Source of the DNA: Candidatus Woesearchaeota archaeon
GTDB taxonomy: Archaea > Nanobdellota > Nanobdellia > Woesearchaeales > WAPY01
Length of the DNA stretch: 64,000 nucleotides
Assembly: GCA_049700835.1 (NCBI GenBank)
Contig: JBNAUL010000002.1
Location: 1 to 64,000 of the forward strand
Direction of reading: 5' to 3'
Positions 59,618 to 64,000 of the stretch are shown in pieces. The translations under genes were made by a program, and so were the position numbers. How positions within the stretch are numbered: position 1 is the first letter of the stretch; each line of letters opens with the position of its first letter. The notes under the pieces were generated by a model. The model did not search any database, was not told the origin of the DNA, and was given only the letters and a program-made list of their open reading frames with translations.

Positions 59618-59783
59618 AGTATTTTGTTGTTAACAACTGCTTAATAAACCTTTTCCTACTTTTGTAACTTTAAAGAGGATACTACATAAAATGTTATTTT
59701 AGTATACTAGTATATTGATATAGGTATTTTAACACCCGTATATAATATAGTTTTTACAAAATATATTTTGAAAATCAGAAATA

Positions 59784-60070
59784 TTTAAATATTAAATCTC
59801 TTTTAAAATAAAATTAGAATTCAACAAGTTTTGGCGGACTTGTTGATTTGGCGTTTAAAATTTGGCGTTTAACTTGGCGTTTTCTGAATTTGAAATTTGG
59901 CACTTGAAGCTCTAAAGTTTTCCACAAGTTGGCGGCTAGTGAAAAACTTATTCTAGTAGATAGGAAAACTATACTGAAATATAAATTTTTTGGTTTTCCT
60001 AAATCTATGTTAGCAAAAATATTTTAGAAAATATAAAAAGAAAAAATATAAAAAGAAAAAGAGGGGGTAA
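59784..60070 (+). promoter_or_regulatory. Putative ftsZ promoter and structured leader with TTGGCG repeats
   Basis: TTTAAATA at about 59784; five TTGGCG plus one TTGGCA; three hairpins; GAGGGGGT SD. Confidence 0.55.
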
Positions 60071-60074
60071 AAAA

Positions 60075-61145
60075 ATGGATTATATAATACAAAACGCATT
60101 AAAAAATCTGGACAACAGAAAAGTTGAAGGCCTTGAAGGACAAGCCAACATAAAGGTAATAGGCGTAGGCGGGGCAGGAAACAATATGGTCTCGTGGCTC
60201 TATCAAAAAGGAGTCCGAGGAGCTGAAATTCTTGCAGTCAATACTGACAAACAACATTTGGACATCACTGAAGCTGATCAAAAATTCATAATTGGAAAAG
60301 ATGTAACAAGAGGCTTAGGTTGTGGAGGATTTCCTGAAAAAGGGGCAGAAGCAGCAAAAGAGAGCTTGCAGGAAGTAAAGGATGCTTTGAAAGGAGCAGA
60401 CATGGTTTTTGTATGCGCAGGAATGGGTGGAGGAACAGGAACAGGAGCAGCTCCGGTAATAGCAAAGGTTGCTAAGGATAACAATGCAATTGTCATAGGA
60501 ACAGTTACAATGCCTTTCAAGATTGAAAGAGCAAGGGTTGACAAAGCAGAATTTGGCCTGCAACAGTTAAGAAAGGTTTGCGATACAGTGGTTGTTATTG
60601 ATAACAATCGCTTAGTAAGCATTGCAGGAAACCTTCCAATGCAACAGGCATTTGCAGTTGCCAATGAATTAATATCAACAATGATTAAGGGAATAGTTGA
60701 AACAATAGCAATACCAAGCTTGGTAAATCTTGACTTTGCTGATGTAAAGGCAATAATGCAGAACGGAGGAGTGGCTGCAATTGGAGTAGGAACAAGCGAT
60801 ACGAACAACAGGGTTGAAGAAGCAGTAAATGGGGCATTAAGCAATCCATTATTAGAGATTGATTACAAGGGAGCAACAGGCGCCTTGATTCATGTAACAG
60901 GAGGACCTGACCTAACCCTTGAAGAGGTTAACAGGGTTGGAGAACTTGTAACAGAGAGCATGGATGATGATGCAAATGTTATTTGGGGAGCGCGCATAAG
61001 CGAGAACATGAAAGGAAAGCTTACTGTTATGACAATAATGACAGGAGTAAATTCTCCATGGATACTTGGAAGGTTGCAGCCAAAACCAAAGAGCCCTGTA
61101 AAAGCAAAGGTAAGTGAGGATTTAGGGATTGAAATCCTTAGTTAA
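60075..61145 (+). CDS. ftsZ: Cell division protein FtsZ (FtsZ2-like)
   Basis: GVGGAGNN, GMGGGTGTG, NLDFADV; ERAR, DNNRL and PSLVNLD are features of the FtsZ2 type. Confidence 0.97.
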   Translation: MDYIIQNALKNLDNRKVEGLEGQANIKVIGVGGAGNNMVSWLYQKGVRGAEILAVNTDKQHLDITEADQKFIIGKDVTRGLGCGGFPEKGAEAAKESLQEVKDALKGADMVFVCAGMGGGTGTGAAPVIAKVAKDNNAIVIGTVTMPFKIERARVDKAEFGLQQLRKVCDTVVVIDNNRLVSIAGNLPMQQAFAVANELISTMIKGIVETIAIPSLVNLDFADVKAIMQNGGVAAIGVGTSDTNNRVEEAVNGALSNPLLEIDYKGATGALIHVTGGPDLTLEEVNRVGELVTESMDDDANVIWGARISENMKGKLTVMTIMTGVNSPWILGRLQPKPKSPVKAKVSEDLGIEILS

Positions 61146-61175
61146 AATGGCTTTTTAGCCATTTTTTATTTTTTT
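61144..61175 (+). terminator. Hairpin plus T-tract after ftsZ
   Basis: AAAATGGC-TTTTTA-GCCATTTT followed by TTATTTTTTT. Confidence 0.6.
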
Positions 61176-61480
61176 ATAATCACAGAATGAATTCTGGGCC
61201 TTCATTAAAACCACCCCCAAGCAAGAAAAAAATTGAAGGCCATTTCCGAGGAGCAATCCTCGGTTTTATTTTTTTTGTTTTCTGTTTTTTGAGATTTCTG
61301 ATAAAAATGCAATTTCAATGCATTGCAACATTGCAATCTTCATGCTCTTCCATGTTTTTTGCTCTTTCTTCTTTTTATTTTCATAAATAAATTACAAGCA
61401 AATTACAAGCAGAAACTATAATCAAGCATTGATCAAGATCAATCAAAAAATTTATATATACATAAACAATACCCATTATA

Positions 61481-61560
61481 AGCCCGTCATGAGAGTACCA
61501 AAGGGAGCTTACGATAAATTCAAGTGATGAACTTTGGGGTTAGTGAAGCGGGCTACAAAA
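61481..61560 (+). ncRNA. Box H/ACA pseudouridylation guide sRNA (single hairpin)
   Basis: TTTATATA at 61451; P1 stem AGCCCG/CGGGCT; internal-loop pocket; CCAAAG/CTTTGG stem; kink-turn GGA / GAU-GA-A closed by GCUU/AAGU; ACA box at 61555-61557, 14 nt from the pocket. Confidence 0.8.
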
Positions 61561-61874
61561 CTTTATATTGCTGTCTTAAAACTCGGCAAAAGCAGGATAG
61601 AACAAGTTTATGTTCATCAATGTTCTATCTTAAAATTCAAGAAAAAGCAGTGCAGAAAAGACAGAATTTCAAAGGAAGGATTGCTAATTTCAATATTAAG
61701 TTTATTTTGCTCAAAATGAAATTTGCGCTCAAGAAATCACGATTAAGAGAATCATGCCTTATTGTAACAGATAAGGTTAGATAGGTTTTTGATAAGCTTT
61801 TTCTTGAACCAATGCTGAATTCTGCCGAGTTTTAGGATTGTAAAAAATTCAAAAATAATTTAGAAGGTGATTTT

Positions 61875-63086
61875 ATGGGAAAGATAAGTTTGGTGTCTGC
61901 AAAATACATTATCCACGCAGATATACAGATAGATGGGGTTGTTGACAAGCCAGATGTTATAGGAGCAGTTTTTGGGCAGACAGAAGGGCTTTTAGGCGCA
62001 GAGCTTGAACTTAGAGAACTTCAAAAATCAGGCAGAATAGGAAGGATTGAGGTTTTGACAGAGATAAAGAACGGAAAAACAATAGGAACAATAATAATCC
62101 CAAGTTCTCTTGACAAGGCAGAAACAGCAATAATTGCAGCTTCTCTTGAAATCATACAGAGAATAGGGCCTTGCAATGCAAAGGTTACCGTACAGAACAT
62201 AGAAGATGTTAGGATAAGCAAGAGAAAGTTCGTGATTGAGAGGGCAAAACAGTTGCTTAAACAATTGATGGAAACAGTTATGCCTGATTCTCAAGAACTC
62301 AGCGATGAGGTGGCATATTCTGTCAGAATGATGGAAATACAGGAATATGGCAGGGAAAGACTGCCTGCAGGACCTGCTGTTGACGAATCAGATGAGGTCA
62401 TAGTAGTGGAAGGAAGAGCAGATGTCCTTAACTTGTTAAAGCACGGAATAAAGAATGTCATTGCAATGAACGGCACAAATGTTCCTCAAACAATAATTGA
62501 TTTGAGTAAGGAAAAAACAATAATTGCATTTGTAGATGGCGATAGAGGAGGAGATTTAATACTTAAAGAACTCTTTAATGTTGCAGAAATTGATTTTGTT
62601 GCAAAAGCACCTGATGGAAAAGAAGTTGAAGAGATAACAAAGAAGGAAATTCACAAGGCATTGAGGGCAAAAATAACAGGGGAGCAGTATATTCTTGAAT
62701 TAAAAGGCGAGATTTCAAGACAGGAAAACGGAAGAGCTGAGAGAAACGAAGCAAGGTTTCAAAACATTAGAAAACCTTCTGTTGATTTGAGCGAACAAGA
62801 AAAGAAAGTGTTCTCAGAACTGCTTGAAAACTTAATAGGCACAAGAGCGGCATGCATACTTGACAATAACCTAAAAATCCTTGGCAAGGTTCCAATATCG
62901 GAATTAGAGGCAACCCTGAAAAACATACAAGGAGGAGTGTATGCTGTTGTAATTGATGGCACAGTTGACAGGAACATAGCAAAAGTAGCAGACAATTCAA
63001 GGATAAACTTCTTGGTTGGGACAGAAGCAAAGATAAAACCAACAGAGACAAGGGTAAATGTGATAACCCTGTCGCAATTGTCATGA
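61875..63086 (+). CDS. dnaG: Archaeal DnaG-type primase / exosome-associated protein
   Basis: DVIGAVFGQTEGLLG…LQKSGRIGRI; TOPRIM VVEGRADV…FVDGDRGG. Confidence 0.96.
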   Translation: MGKISLVSAKYIIHADIQIDGVVDKPDVIGAVFGQTEGLLGAELELRELQKSGRIGRIEVLTEIKNGKTIGTIIIPSSLDKAETAIIAASLEIIQRIGPCNAKVTVQNIEDVRISKRKFVIERAKQLLKQLMETVMPDSQELSDEVAYSVRMMEIQEYGRERLPAGPAVDESDEVIVVEGRADVLNLLKHGIKNVIAMNGTNVPQTIIDLSKEKTIIAFVDGDRGGDLILKELFNVAEIDFVAKAPDGKEVEEITKKEIHKALRAKITGEQYILELKGEISRQENGRAERNEARFQNIRKPSVDLSEQEKKVFSELLENLIGTRAACILDNNLKILGKVPISELEATLKNIQGGVYAVVIDGTVDRNIAKVADNSRINFLVGTEAKIKPTETRVNVITLSQLS

Positions 63087-63173
63087 ACATTCATAAGCAT
63101 TCATAAGCAAGAAAAGAGCAGAAAATGATTCAACAATTTTTATTTGATTTTTTCTTTTGATATTTTTTTTAAA

Positions 63174-63473
63174 ATGAAACTTTCAGAAGAACAGGAAAGG
63201 GAACTATTCTTTTATCTGAAAAGGGAACTTAGGAGATTATCTGTGGTAATGCTTAATGTCAAAGTGTTTAAGAATTCTGATGAAAGCAGTTTTGAACTCT
63301 TTAATTTAGCAAACAGCTATTTTAATGATGCAAAATACTTTTATGAAAAAAATGAGTTTGTTAAGAGTTTTGAATTAGCAAATTATTGTTGGGGATTGTT
63401 GGATGCGCTTGCAATTTCAAAAGCATTGAATGTACCAAAGAGGTTAAGACATTGGTTCAAGGCAGAATTCTAA
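63174..63473 (+). CDS. DUF357 domain protein
   Basis: LANSYFNDAKYFYEKNEFVKSF…YCWGLLDA. Confidence 0.85.
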   Translation: MKLSEEQERELFFYLKRELRRLSVVMLNVKVFKNSDESSFELFNLANSYFNDAKYFYEKNEFVKSFELANYCWGLLDALAISKALNVPKRLRHWFKAEF

Positions 63474-63598
63474 TGCTTCAATCTTATTTTTTAAACGGAT
63501 TTCCTTTTTCAGATGATGCTGTAACTTAAATAATAATATTGCTTACATTATGCTTTCAACATTGGCTTTCAGATATTCTTTTAGGATATTGAGAGATA

Positions 63599-64000
63599 TT
63601 ATGATATCCTGTCATAAAAAATTTCTATCTTTGCCTTGTTCTTCAAACTATTAAGATACTTTTGGTATTCTTCATACCGTTTCTCAACCAAAATCTGATC
63701 CCTTATCTGTGCTTTTATTTCATCAAAGTTTGCTGTCATGTTGTTGTCATCGTAGAACTTCCTTATTTCCTCATCGCTAACATTAACCTTTGGATTTACT
63801 GTTTCGTTTAGGAGCTTGTTAACCAAGAGCACCTTCCAATAAAAATTTTTCAGGTCGTCCAATGAAAAATTGTTCTGTTTGAAATTATATGAAATTTCTT
63901 CAATAGACATTCCGCTTAGATTAACAGCTCTTTCCATTACTTCATTCATTTCCTGCTCGCTGACAGAATATCCCTTGTTCTTTGCCTCTTCTATCAGCAC
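63599..64000 (-). CDS. SurA N-terminal domain / PrsA-like foldase (5'-truncated by window edge)
   Basis: LIEEAKNKGYSVSEQE…VSDEEIRKFYDDN…FDEIKAQI…YLNSLKNKAKIE. Confidence 0.85.
   Translation of the reverse strand: MLIEEAKNKGYSVSEQEMNEVMERAVNLSGMSIEEISYNFKQNNFSLDDLKNFYWKVLLVNKLLNETVNPKVNVSDEEIRKFYDDNNMTANFDEIKAQIRDQILVEKRYEEYQKYLNSLKNKAKIEIFYDRIS

Noticed and set aside
61524..61784. Short ORFs upstream of dnaG
   Set aside because: They overlap the H/ACA RNA, lack SD motifs and show no recognisable protein features.

Overview
AT-rich archaeal chromosomal segment, most consistent with a DPANN (Woesearchaeota/Nanoarchaeota-like) metagenome assembly. This is an inference from archaeal ribosomal proteins, aIF6, Cbf5, Dph5, archaeal DnaG, type II GAPDH, TATA-box promoters and a tRNA-Ile(UAU). 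It has one 100-N scaffold gap. Layout: (1) 1-12.6 kb, a type IV pilus locus with a large Ig/Fn3-like surface protein, four class-III-signal pilins, an ATPase and two TadC-like proteins. (2) 12.7-18.5 kb, NFACT-R, YhbY, unknown proteins and an insertion-bearing AP-endonuclease-2 TIM barrel. (3) 18.8-35.6 kb, an accessory region: a co-oriented Lrp / membrane protein / Mrr-like nuclease / PspA-like coiled coil / AAA+ ATPase / coiled-coil cluster, an LDH/MDH-beta-propeller fusion, a DUF362 pseudogene, TrmB, a receptor-type Ser/Thr kinase ending in a bacterial-type copper-amine-oxidase N-terminal (stalk) domain, decayed DNA and an RNase Z-like hydrolase. (4) 35.6-64 kb, mostly housekeeping genes, four tRNAs (two with introns, one in the T-loop), an L41e gene missed by the ORF track, a second kinase, ftsZ with a structured UUGGCG-repeat leader, and a box H/ACA guide RNA. 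I saw no CRISPR array, rRNA, transposase, integrase or reverse transcriptase. All protein calls come from motif recognition by eye; no searches were run.
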